31,880 nucleotides of DNA, from the NCBI GenBank assembly GCA_039195685.1, contig JBCCVH010000001.1, positions 1-31,880 on the forward strand. Direction: 5' to 3'. This DNA is from Bacteroidota bacterium (GTDB lineage: Bacteria; Bacteroidota; Bacteroidia; Cytophagales; Amoebophilaceae). Both the position numbers and the translations under genes were made by a program. Shown in pieces: positions 17,684 to 25,672 of this stretch. Each line of letters starts with the position of its first letter. The first letter of the stretch is position 1. Under the pieces are notes generated by a model. It searched no databases. It was not told where the DNA came from and saw only the letters and a list, made by a program, of their open reading frames with translations.

Positions 17684-18322
17684 TTAGCTTGTTTCGGGGT
17701 TGGAAGGCGTAGGTTTAGCTGTAGAAGTGTCTTTTTTGAGCGCATCAGCTGGTTGGTTATTGGTTGCTGCCTTTGGCGATGTGCCTTCTTGGGTTGTCTC
17801 GGCTTTCGCTTTTAGAGATACTGCTTCGAGTTTTGGTGCGCCATTGGTTCTTTCTAGAAAGGTGACTTCGCCTTTAGATGGTAATGGGGGGAGGGTGGGT
17901 GGGCTAGTCGTGAACTTCGCATTGTCGTTTAATAGCTTTTTTGCACTTTTTTGTGGGGAAAGTGGTTTGCTTTGTTGCGCTTCATCTAGGTAGACTTTTA
18001 CAAAAATGTGTGATCTGGGCTTACGTATAGGATGCGCTCTTCCTTGAGGAGCAGGCTGTATTCTTTTGAGCACTGGCCCCATATTGACATAGATTTCCTT
18101 GATCACTATAGCAGAACTTAGTAGAGACTTACCTTGGTGTTGCTGGTTCAAATTGGCTACAGCGGACCTGAGTACATTTATTATATAGGGTGCAGCTTTT
18201 TGAGAAAGGTGCTGAAGTACCTCGATAGCTTGTGTAACCCTCATAGCACGTATAAGATCTACGACTTTCCTAGTTTTTCTAGGGGAAATTCTGATGTTGT
18301 TATATCTTGCTATTGCTTCCAT
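17684..18322 (-). CDS. rplV: 50S ribosomal protein uL22 with ~100-aa low-complexity C-terminal extension
   Basis: RISPRKTRKVVDLIR, PAPQGRAHPIRK..SHI; core ends near residue 112 of 212. Confidence 0.95.
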   Translation of the reverse strand: MEAIARYNNIRISPRKTRKVVDLIRAMRVTQAIEVLQHLSQKAAPYIINVLRSAVANLNQQHQGKSLLSSAIVIKEIYVNMGPVLKRIQPAPQGRAHPIRKPRSHIFVKVYLDEAQQSKPLSPQKSAKKLLNDNAKFTTSPPTLPPLPSKGEVTFLERTNGAPKLEAVSLKAKAETTQEGTSPKAATNNQPADALKKDTSTAKPTPSNPETS

Positions 18323-18331
18323 AGGTTAATG

Positions 18332-18607
18332 TTATTTTTTCTTTTCTTTGCCTACTTTGTGCCCTTTGAAGATTCTTGTTTTAGCAAATTCACCTAGTTT
18401 ACGTTCGAGCATGGCAGAAGTGATATAGACAGGGATAAAGATTTTACCATTATGTACCCCAAAAGTATGCCCTACAAACTCAGGAATAATCATAGACCTT
18501 CTCGACCACGTTTTAATGATGGCTTTTTTATTGGCTTCATTGAGCTTGCGTATTTTTTTCATCAAATTTTGAGCTACATAGTAGCCTTTTTTCAAGGACC
18601 TAGGCAT
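18332..18607 (-). CDS. rpsS: 30S ribosomal protein uS19
   Basis: [36 protein letters not shown]. Confidence 0.98.
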   Translation of the reverse strand: MPRSLKKGYYVAQNLMKKIRKLNEANKKAIIKTWSRRSMIIPEFVGHTFGVHNGKIFIPVYITSAMLERKLGEFAKTRIFKGHKVGKEKKK

Positions 18608-19431
18608 TATTTGCGTCTTTTAAGGATCATTTTATCTGAATATTTTTTATTTTTTCTAGTCTTTTTCCCCTTGGCATAGAGACCCTGTTTAGAGCGTGGG
18701 TGTCCCCCTGAAGATTTACCTTCTCCTCCCCCCATAGGGTGTTGAGAAGCATTTTGTACCGTCCCTCTTACATTAGGTCGCCTTCCACGCCAGCGATTGC
18801 CGCCTGCCTTTCCTAAAATAATAGCATTATGTTGCTCATTAGAGACAGTGCCTATCGTAGCGATGCAGTTTTTATTGACCATACGCCGTTCACCAGAAGG
18901 AAATTTGAGGACAGCATTTTTTTCTTGGATAGCAATGAGCTGCGCATACGCACCTGCACTACGGGCACATGCCCCTCCTTTTCCAGGGATAAACTCTACA
19001 TTGTGTATGATAGACCCTAAGGGCATAGCTTTTAGCGGCATGGCATTACCTATTTCTGGCGGGACATCTTCTTTCCCTGCCACAATAGTAGTCCCTACCG
19101 TAATGCCTGCTGGTGCGATAAGATAGGCTTTTTCGCCATCCTTATAGAATACCAACATAATAAAAGCACTACGCATTGGATCATATTCAATGGCTTTTAC
19201 AACACCTTCCACACCATGCTTTTTCCGTTTAAAGTCAATAATACGCCCACGCCGCTTATGCCCTCCACCACGATGGGGGACAGTAACAACACCAGTATTG
19301 TTGCGCCCTGCTTTACTTTTGACTGGATACAGCAGACCTTTTTCTGGTTTTTTCTTCGTCAACGAGCTAAAATCATGGGTGATTTTAAACCTTTGACCTG
19401 GTGTAGTTGGTTTTATTCTTTTGACTGCCAT
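18607..19431 (-). CDS. rplB: 50S ribosomal protein uL2
   Basis: [36 protein letters not shown]. Confidence 0.98.
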   Translation of the reverse strand: MAVKRIKPTTPGQRFKITHDFSSLTKKKPEKGLLYPVKSKAGRNNTGVVTVPHRGGGHKRRGRIIDFKRKKHGVEGVVKAIEYDPMRSAFIMLVFYKDGEKAYLIAPAGITVGTTIVAGKEDVPPEIGNAMPLKAMPLGSIIHNVEFIPGKGGACARSAGAYAQLIAIQEKNAVLKFPSGERRMVNKNCIATIGTVSNEQHNAIILGKAGGNRWRGRRPNVRGTVQNASQHPMGGGEGKSSGGHPRSKQGLYAKGKKTRKNKKYSDKMILKRRK

Positions 19432-19434
19432 ATG

Positions 19435-19734
19435 CTAGTAAATTTGCATGTTGGTTTCATATATATCAATCATATCTCCTCTTTTCAGCGTGACGATGGC
19501 TTTTTTATATGCGGATCTTTCGCCTTTAATGGTCCTTTTTCTGGTAAGGCGCTGTACTTTCTTACTCTTGTACATAAGGGTGTTCACGCTGAGCGGTGTA
19601 ATACCATAGATGGCCTTTATTTTTTTCTTGATTTCAGGCTTATTGGCGCTGCATGCTACCATGAAAACATATTGATTTTTGCTATTGAGTGCTAAGGCTT
19701 TTTCAGTATGATGTGGTTTTTTGATCAGGAACAT
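19435..19734 (-). CDS. rplW: 50S ribosomal protein uL23
   Basis: P..TEKA, ANKPEIK, SVNT, YKKAIVTL. Confidence 0.96.
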   Translation of the reverse strand: MFLIKKPHHTEKALALNSKNQYVFMVACSANKPEIKKKIKAIYGITPLSVNTLMYKSKKVQRLTRKRTIKGERSAYKKAIVTLKRGDMIDIYETNMQIY

Positions 19735-19736
19735 AG

Positions 19737-20363
19737 TTAAGCAAATTTTTCATAGATGAGTGGGAGCGCACTTTCAAAGCAAATAACCTTCGTGGCATAC
19801 AGCAAATGGTAGGTGTTACAGTAAGCTACTGTTTTAATGTTGTTTTTAGGGACATTGCGTGCTGAAAGAAAGAGGGCAGGTTGGGCTTTGGGGAGCAGCC
19901 ATAAGATTTTTTCTTTGGCGATGTTGAGGGTGCGGATCATCGACATATAGGTTTTGGTAGAAGGCTTATCAAAAGTAAAATCTTCTATTACAATGATTTG
20001 CTTTTTTTGGTTTTTGATACTGAGTGCAGATTTAAGGGCGAGGCGTTTTTCTTTTTTATTTTGCACAAACCCATAATCACGCGGCTTAGGACCAAATATA
20101 CGTCCACCTCCACGCCATATGCCTGACTTTCTAGAGCCTACGCGAGCCCTACCTGTGCCTTTTTGTTTGTATGGCTTCTTGGTAGAGGCGGTTATCTCGC
20201 TCTTTTCTTTGCTTTTGGCAGTTCCTTGCCGGGCACTTTGCTGCTTATTGATAATATCCAGCGAGAGCACATGCTTATGAGGCTCGATATTGAAAATATC
20301 CTCCTGCAACTTAACTTTTCTATTGGTTTGTGCTCCTTTTTTTGTCATCACCGTATACTCCAT
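19737..20363 (-). CDS. rplD: 50S ribosomal protein uL4
   Basis: RQGTAKSKEKSEI, KPYKQKGTGRAR, WRGGGRIFGPKPRDY; start placed at MEYTV (the track's 20384 start overlaps rplC). Confidence 0.95.
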   Translation of the reverse strand: MEYTVMTKKGAQTNRKVKLQEDIFNIEPHKHVLSLDIINKQQSARQGTAKSKEKSEITASTKKPYKQKGTGRARVGSRKSGIWRGGGRIFGPKPRDYGFVQNKKEKRLALKSALSIKNQKKQIIVIEDFTFDKPSTKTYMSMIRTLNIAKEKILWLLPKAQPALFLSARNVPKNNIKTVAYCNTYHLLYATKVICFESALPLIYEKFA

Positions 20364-20367
20364 GGCT

Positions 20368-21000
20368 TTATCTTTGTAAAACAATATAGCTTTTGTTTGG
20401 TCCTGGCACGCTCCCTTTTAGGACAACAAGGTCTTTATCTGCTACTATTTTTAATATTTGCACGTTTTGCACTTTGACGCGATGGCCTCCTTTTTGCCCC
20501 GCCATTCTAAGTCCTTTAAATACACGAGAAGGGGTAGATCCAGCACCAATAGATCCTGGGGCACGCTGGCGATTGTGCTGACCATGTGTCTTATCCCCTA
20601 CGCCACTAAACCCATGACGTTTCATCACACCTGTAAAGCCTTTGCCTTTTGCTTTACTCACCACGTCAATAAACTCTCCTTCTTCGAAGATAACGGCAGC
20701 CTCCAGTTGGTCCCCCAGCTTTAATGGGCCTTTAGGATAGTCTTTTTCATAGTCTCTAAACTCTATCAGCTTTCGCTTAGGGGTTGTATTGGCAGCTTTA
20801 AAATGTCCTTTTAATGGCTTTGTAGTGTTTTTTTCTTTTTTTTCACCATAGCCCACCTGAATAGCACTATACCCATCTTTTGCTTCAGTTTTCACTTGCG
20901 TTACCACGCACTTCCCCAGCTGTACTGTGGTACAAGGTACGAGTTTTCCTTCTTGAAAGACACTTGTCATGCCTATCTTTTTTGCTATAATGCCAATCAC
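20368..21000 (-). CDS. rplC: 50S ribosomal protein uL3, GTG start
   Basis: KKIGMTSVF, DGYSAIQVG, KGKGFTGVMKRHGF, RAPGSIGA. Confidence 0.98.
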   Translation of the reverse strand: MIGIIAKKIGMTSVFQEGKLVPCTTVQLGKCVVTQVKTEAKDGYSAIQVGYGEKKEKNTTKPLKGHFKAANTTPKRKLIEFRDYEKDYPKGPLKLGDQLEAAVIFEEGEFIDVVSKAKGKGFTGVMKRHGFSGVGDKTHGQHNRQRAPGSIGAGSTPSRVFKGLRMAGQKGGHRVKVQNVQILKIVADKDLVVLKGSVPGPNKSYIVLQR

Positions 21001-21028
21001 AACTTGCTCTATTAATTAAAATGAAAAT

Positions 21029-21055
21029 GGGCTAATTACGATGAGTAACTGGCCC
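21029..21055 (-). promoter_or_regulatory. Stem-loop in the rplC leader followed by a U-rich tract
   Basis: GGGCCAGUUAC-UCAUC-GUAAUUAGCCC (one mismatch, one GU) then AUUUUCAUUUU. Confidence 0.5.
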
Positions 21056-21093
21056 CAAAATAACATTAAAAAGTTCAGAGTAGCAAAAATTTT

Positions 21094-21101
21094 CAAAAAT
21101 A
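21094..21101 (-). promoter_or_regulatory. Candidate -7 element of the ribosomal operon promoter (TATTTTTG)
   Basis: Exact TAnnTTTG about 95 nt upstream of rplC; a tandem near-match AATTTTTG at 21084-21091. Confidence 0.45.
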
Positions 21102-21341
21102 ACACCCTTACTAGGTATGTCGCGCACTTGCTTCATCGAATTAGTGGAATTCCCAATCTACTTGTGCCTCTCCGTAGCTTCCAAAAGAAGCTAGACTTTA
21201 GGCAAGTTTAGGAAACACAGCACACGACACCTCCTAACAGCGCTACGCTAATTAACTCATATCTCCCTCCTGTGGAGCTCGATATGAAAAAAATAAACAT
21301 TTTATGTCCTCTAGATAAAAGAAAAGTTTTATATTGGGGAC

Positions 21342-22148
21342 ATGATATTCTCGAAATACTTAATGGAACTACAAAAGCATAGCAAGCTATATTTTACTTT
21401 AGAGGACGCTGCAACTGCAACAGATTCTCCGAAAAAATTAATCTCAGCAAAAATATACCACCTCATGAAAAAGGGACACCTAATAAGTCCCCTAAAAGGG
21501 CTTTATATAATTATCCCATTAGCACATAGAAATTTAAAGTCCATACCTGCCCAAGATTTGATTGTTCTTGTGATGAAGTATTTGAATATTCCTTACTATG
21601 TTGGACTTTTGACCGCTGCAAGATATCATGGTGCTACGCACCAAGCGACCTTTGTTTACCAAGTAGTGAGCAGCAAAAGGATCAAAAAAGAGCTCATAAG
21701 CGGAGATATAAGCATACAGTTCATTTACAAAAAAGAGGTAAAAAATGTTGAGAAAATCAAGAAACAAGTCAGTGTCGGCAATCTTGTTTTGTCAAATCCT
21801 GAAGAAACGGCAAAAGACATTATGATCTATTATAAGCAGTGCGGTGGTCTCAATCACCAAGCAACTGTACTATCTGAGCTTACAGAAGCCATTAACACAG
21901 AAAAACTCATAGCTTTGGCGGAACGATCAAAAAGCCTTTTTTGGGTGCAGCGCATGGGTTATATACTGGAAAAAATAGATACTTTTTATGAGAAGGATCG
22001 GGATCGGGTGGTAGCTTCCTTACAGCAGTTCCTAGCAACACAAAAGCTACGCTACGTGCCCCTTGCACCTGAGATGCCCACAAAAGACAAACCACGCAAT
22101 AAGAAGTGGAAGATCATTGAAAATACAACCGTAGAATCTGACATATGA
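21342..22148 (+). CDS. abiEi: Type IV TA antitoxin, AbiEi family (N-terminal winged HTH)
   Basis: YFTLEDA...KKGHLISPLKGLYIIIP, YYVGLLTAARYHGATHQ, LSNPEETAKD; ATGA overlap with the toxin gene. Confidence 0.88.
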   Translation: MIFSKYLMELQKHSKLYFTLEDAATATDSPKKLISAKIYHLMKKGHLISPLKGLYIIIPLAHRNLKSIPAQDLIVLVMKYLNIPYYVGLLTAARYHGATHQATFVYQVVSSKRIKKELISGDISIQFIYKKEVKNVEKIKKQVSVGNLVLSNPEETAKDIMIYYKQCGGLNHQATVLSELTEAINTEKLIALAERSKSLFWVQRMGYILEKIDTFYEKDRDRVVASLQQFLATQKLRYVPLAPEMPTKDKPRNKKWKIIENTTVESDI

Positions 22149-22942
22149 TAGAAAAGGAGTACTTGGAACATCAAAAGAAATATATACCATGGAAAAACAA
22201 TTACATGGTCGAGCAAGACATGATCATTAGTCGGGCGTTGGTGTCGCTATATTCCAACCATCTGATCAGAGATACGCTTGTCTTCAAAGGAGGCACAGCA
22301 CTCAACAAGCTGTTCTTTTCCCCTGCTGCACGTTACAGCGAAGACATAGACCTCGTCAGGATAGCGGGCGACAAGATAGGTCCCATATCCAAAGCGATTA
22401 GCAGCTCTTTACTATGGCTTGTAGAGGAAGCAGGCTTTGGACCACCAGCGCATAGCTTAAGGAAGTACGGTCTCAAGTTCTTCTACAAGTTCCAAAATGT
22501 GGAGGGCAATATCTCTAAACTTAAGGTAGAAGTAAACACAAGAGAACCTTTCCACATTAGCCCTATCAAGCAAATGGCCTTCTCCTTCAACTCGGACTGG
22601 TGGAGCGGAAACACCCACATCACCACCTACTGCATCGAGGAGATCATGGCAACCAAGATTCGTGCGGTGTACCAACGACGCAAGGGCCGTGATCTCTTTG
22701 ATGCTTGGTACGTCTTTAGCAAAGGACTAGCAGATATTGAGAAAGTAGTTCCCATGTTTCACGCCTACAACGAGTACAACGGAACGAAGATTACAAGAAA
22801 AATGTTCATCCAAAACATGAACGAGAAGAAGAACAATGCGGACTTTCGACAGGACATCACAGCACTGCTCCCGCTAGATACAGACTACGACTTTGACACT
22901 GCCTTTGATTTTTTCATGCGTGAGATCATACCGCATATCTAG
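22145..22942 (+). CDS. abiEii: Type IV TA toxin, AbiEii-family nucleotidyltransferase
   Basis: VEQDMIISRAL, FKGGTALNKL, RYSEDIDL, LKVEVN, ATKIRA..QR.KGRDLFD all intact. Confidence 0.93.
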   Translation: MIEKEYLEHQKKYIPWKNNYMVEQDMIISRALVSLYSNHLIRDTLVFKGGTALNKLFFSPAARYSEDIDLVRIAGDKIGPISKAISSSLLWLVEEAGFGPPAHSLRKYGLKFFYKFQNVEGNISKLKVEVNTREPFHISPIKQMAFSFNSDWWSGNTHITTYCIEEIMATKIRAVYQRRKGRDLFDAWYVFSKGLADIEKVVPMFHAYNEYNGTKITRKMFIQNMNEKKNNADFRQDITALLPLDTDYDFDTAFDFFMREIIPHI

Positions 22943-23153
22943 TGCATATATAGCACCTCAAAAAAATCCAAAGACTAGGTGTAAGCTTCTTGCTACTCGT
23001 TGCACTCCACATCTTTTGCAAGCAATTGAACTATACCAAGCAGTCAAAGAGGCACACAAGTGGGTATAAGTCAGCTTTGGCACAAGCCGCTAAAAAGGGT
23101 AATTGTATTATCTTGTAAGTCGTCTGCTGAAGGCTAGCCTAAAAAATAAAAAA

Positions 23154-23533
23154 GCAAGTCTATAAGCTGGGTTCTGTAATATGTTGCCATACCCTTTATC
23201 ATTTATCTAGGGCTATAATCACTTATAGCCTCAAGCAGTCTACCCATATCGCTAGGACAAGCGCGCTACTTGTCTTTTCTTATCAAAGAAAACGCGATAC
23301 CTATTTGACCTTGCAACACCTAAGGTTTACCATGCATCTACTGTCACCAGTAGATACGGTGAGCTCTTACCTCGCCTTTTCACCCTTACCGAAAAATTTC
23401 GGCGGTATATTTTCTGTGGCACTAGCTATATAGCCGCATTATACTGCTATATCTTCCCGTTAGGAAGTAGGCTGCGCTATGTTGCCCAGACTTTCCTCTT
23501 ACTGACTAGCCAGCAAGCGATAAAGCGACTTGC
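23154..23533 (-). ncRNA. rnpB: RNase P RNA (type A)
   Basis: Reverse complement starts GCAAGUCGCUUUAUCGC...GAGGAAAGUCUGGGC and ends ACAGAACCCAGCUUAUAGACUUGC; terminal P1 pairing GCAAGUC/GACUUGC. Confidence 0.97.
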
Positions 23534-23589
23534 TTTTTTAGCGGGGCCTAGCACCTTATTGCAAAAGAGACTTATCTAGGCCGCATGGG

Positions 23590-23621
23590 CAAGGATATAA
23601 CAATTGCATAACATATGCAAA
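23590..23621 (-). promoter_or_regulatory. Candidate rnpB promoter
   Basis: TTTG(23621-23618)-N20-TATCCTTG(23597-23590); palindrome TTGCATA-ACA-TATGCAA (23604-23620) overlaps it. Confidence 0.55.
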
Positions 23622-23678
23622 TCCAGCTTAGACATTGCTAAGTGTAAACCTCCGCAATTTTTAAGGCGCTTAAAGAAT

Positions 23679-23710
23679 TTTGTCTGTATGAAAAAGTTTG
23701 TTTATATTTG
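23679..23710 (+). promoter_or_regulatory. Promoter of the first R-M operon
   Basis: Full consensus TTTG(23679-23682)-N20-TATATTTG(23703-23710). Confidence 0.7.
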
Positions 23711-23861
23711 CGGAGTAAGCAAGGTAAATCTTATTTAAATCCTAACCATAGAATTTGGGAGGGCTATAACTATACACAATAGTGAAGCCTTTCTAATACA
23801 AAAAATAGGCTATTCTTGCGCTAACGTCCCGAATAGAAAAAAGCCTTTATAAAACATAAGA

Positions 23862-24731
23862 ATGGATTTTTGGCATAAAAGTATAGAAGTAAAGTTTTTT
23901 AAAGAAGCTTTGAAGAATTTTGCTTCTCCAGCACAGCTGTTTTACCAATTGAATGGAGCATATCTTGCCTATGCCCCGAAAGGCAAGTGCACTAAAGGGT
24001 ATACGCTACAGGCAAGAAACGCGCTAGTCGGGCGTTATACTGAAAATTGGAGTGCAAATTTTCTTCAACCTATCGCCAATCGACTAGGATTATATGCCGT
24101 ACACAACGTTGTGTGTCCAGCCTTAGGGTTAACAAATGTAACATGTGCAGATATCGCCTTTTGCACAACAAAGGAGCATAATCAACCTAGTCAAAATATT
24201 AAACTTATTTTCGAGATCAAAATGAGCATCGTAAACAATTATCGTTTTACACAATCAAGTGGCGAACTCAGCTTTATTGGCGACTACAGCACACATAAAG
24301 GCGTACCTTCTATCTTGCGCTCTGATTCTATGTTGAAAGCCATCGGCAAAGCAATCAATATAAGAGTTGCAGGAGCCCAAGTTGCCCATGTCCCAATTAT
24401 AGTGCTAGGGAACAGTCCCATCAGCAATAGCTATAGCGATAAAGTTGATCGTTTGAAACAAGCTGGCATCATCCAAAGCTTCCTCTCTATTTATCCAAAG
24501 CCAACAGAAAAGGCCCTCAAAGTAACACCCCTAAAAGCTTTCCAAACTTTCGATGATTATGCGGAGCTAGAGACATTTTTGCACGACCTAGTTCGCACTG
24601 ATATGCACTTCTTTTCCGCTATGATCCCTAAAAAAAGACTGAGTAAGCTCATTACTATTGCAGCAAAGCAAGCAACCGAAACGGCGAAAGTAGAAAAATT
24701 TCTCGAACTTTTAAAAAAAACAGCAACATGA
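23862..24731 (+). CDS. Putative type II restriction endonuclease (PD-(D/E)xK), specificity unknown
   Basis: CADIAF...FEIK catalytic-type motif, LRSDSMLKAIGK; coupled (ATGA overlap) to a DNA MTase. Confidence 0.75.
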   Translation: MDFWHKSIEVKFFKEALKNFASPAQLFYQLNGAYLAYAPKGKCTKGYTLQARNALVGRYTENWSANFLQPIANRLGLYAVHNVVCPALGLTNVTCADIAFCTTKEHNQPSQNIKLIFEIKMSIVNNYRFTQSSGELSFIGDYSTHKGVPSILRSDSMLKAIGKAINIRVAGAQVAHVPIIVLGNSPISNSYSDKVDRLKQAGIIQSFLSIYPKPTEKALKVTPLKAFQTFDDYAELETFLHDLVRTDMHFFSAMIPKKRLSKLITIAAKQATETAKVEKFLELLKKTAT

Positions 24732-25672
24732 AAAAATACGGCACAGCAACAAGCACTTTTGGAACCAATGGAAGGATCAACCACAATTCAACCAAATTCT
24801 ACAACTCCAAATTGTATAAAGAGCTAGGGCATCAGAAGGATATTGTCAATAACCACACATCTGAATTCCCCCCCAAATTGCTAAATAAGGTTATACTAGG
24901 CACATCAGAAAATATGTCAGCCATACCTGACAATGCACTACACTTAATGGTGACCTCCCCGCCCTATAATGTTTCCAAAGAGTACGATCAGGATTTGTCG
25001 CTTACAGAATACCTTAATATGCTAAAAAAAGTTTTTCAGGAGACCTATCGTGTCCTAGTCAATGGCGGAAGAGCTTGTATCAATGTAGCTAATTTAGGAC
25101 GAAAACCCTATATCCCACTTTCAGCTTATCTTGCTAAAATTATGATCGAAATAGGCTTTAACATGCGCGGAGAGATAATCTGGGACAAAGGTGCTAGTGC
25201 AAGCCCTTCCACTGCATGGGGGAGCTGGATGTCAGCCTCTAATCCCATATTAAGAGATACACACGAGTACATTTTAGTTTTCTCCAAAGGCAGTTATAAA
25301 AGAGACCGCACAAGCCAAGCAAAGACATTTAAGACAGATACAATATCAAAAGGCAATTTCATGGAATGGACGAAATCGATTTGGCAATTCAGCGCCGAGT
25401 CAGCAAGGCGTATTGGCCACCCTGCCCCATTTCCTGTAGCATTACCTTACAGATTAATCCAGCTCTTTTCATTTACAAATGACATTATACTCGACCCATT
25501 CATGGGAAGTGGTACTACAGCAGTGGCGGCCATTAAGAGCAATAGGCACTACATTGGTTTTGATACGAGCCCCGCTTATACACAATTAGCTGAAGCACGC
25601 ATTGCCTCCTTTAAAAGAGAACTCCTGAGCAAAACAGATAAACAACAGCCCCCTCTAGCACAACAAGTCTAA
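24728..25672 (+). CDS. Beta-class amino-DNA methyltransferase, probably N4-cytosine
   Basis: Motif IV VTSPPYN precedes HPAPFP and motif I ILDPFMGSGTT; SPPY is typical of m4C enzymes. Confidence 0.92.
   Translation: MKKYGTATSTFGTNGRINHNSTKFYNSKLYKELGHQKDIVNNHTSEFPPKLLNKVILGTSENMSAIPDNALHLMVTSPPYNVSKEYDQDLSLTEYLNMLKKVFQETYRVLVNGGRACINVANLGRKPYIPLSAYLAKIMIEIGFNMRGEIIWDKGASASPSTAWGSWMSASNPILRDTHEYILVFSKGSYKRDRTSQAKTFKTDTISKGNFMEWTKSIWQFSAESARRIGHPAPFPVALPYRLIQLFSFTNDIILDPFMGSGTTAVAAIKSNRHYIGFDTSPAYTQLAEARIASFKRELLSKTDKQQPPLAQQV

Noticed and set aside
2878-20724. Numerous antisense or alternate-frame ORFs over holA, tig and ribosomal genes (e.g. 10999-11589, 15252-15875, 19216-19695)
   Set aside because: They overlap well-supported conserved genes and have shadow-like composition
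21175-21195. Short hairpin TAGCTTC-CAAAA-GAAGCTA and similar 5-7-bp palindromes elsewhere
   Set aside because: No U tract or clear context; expected by chance in AT-rich DNA
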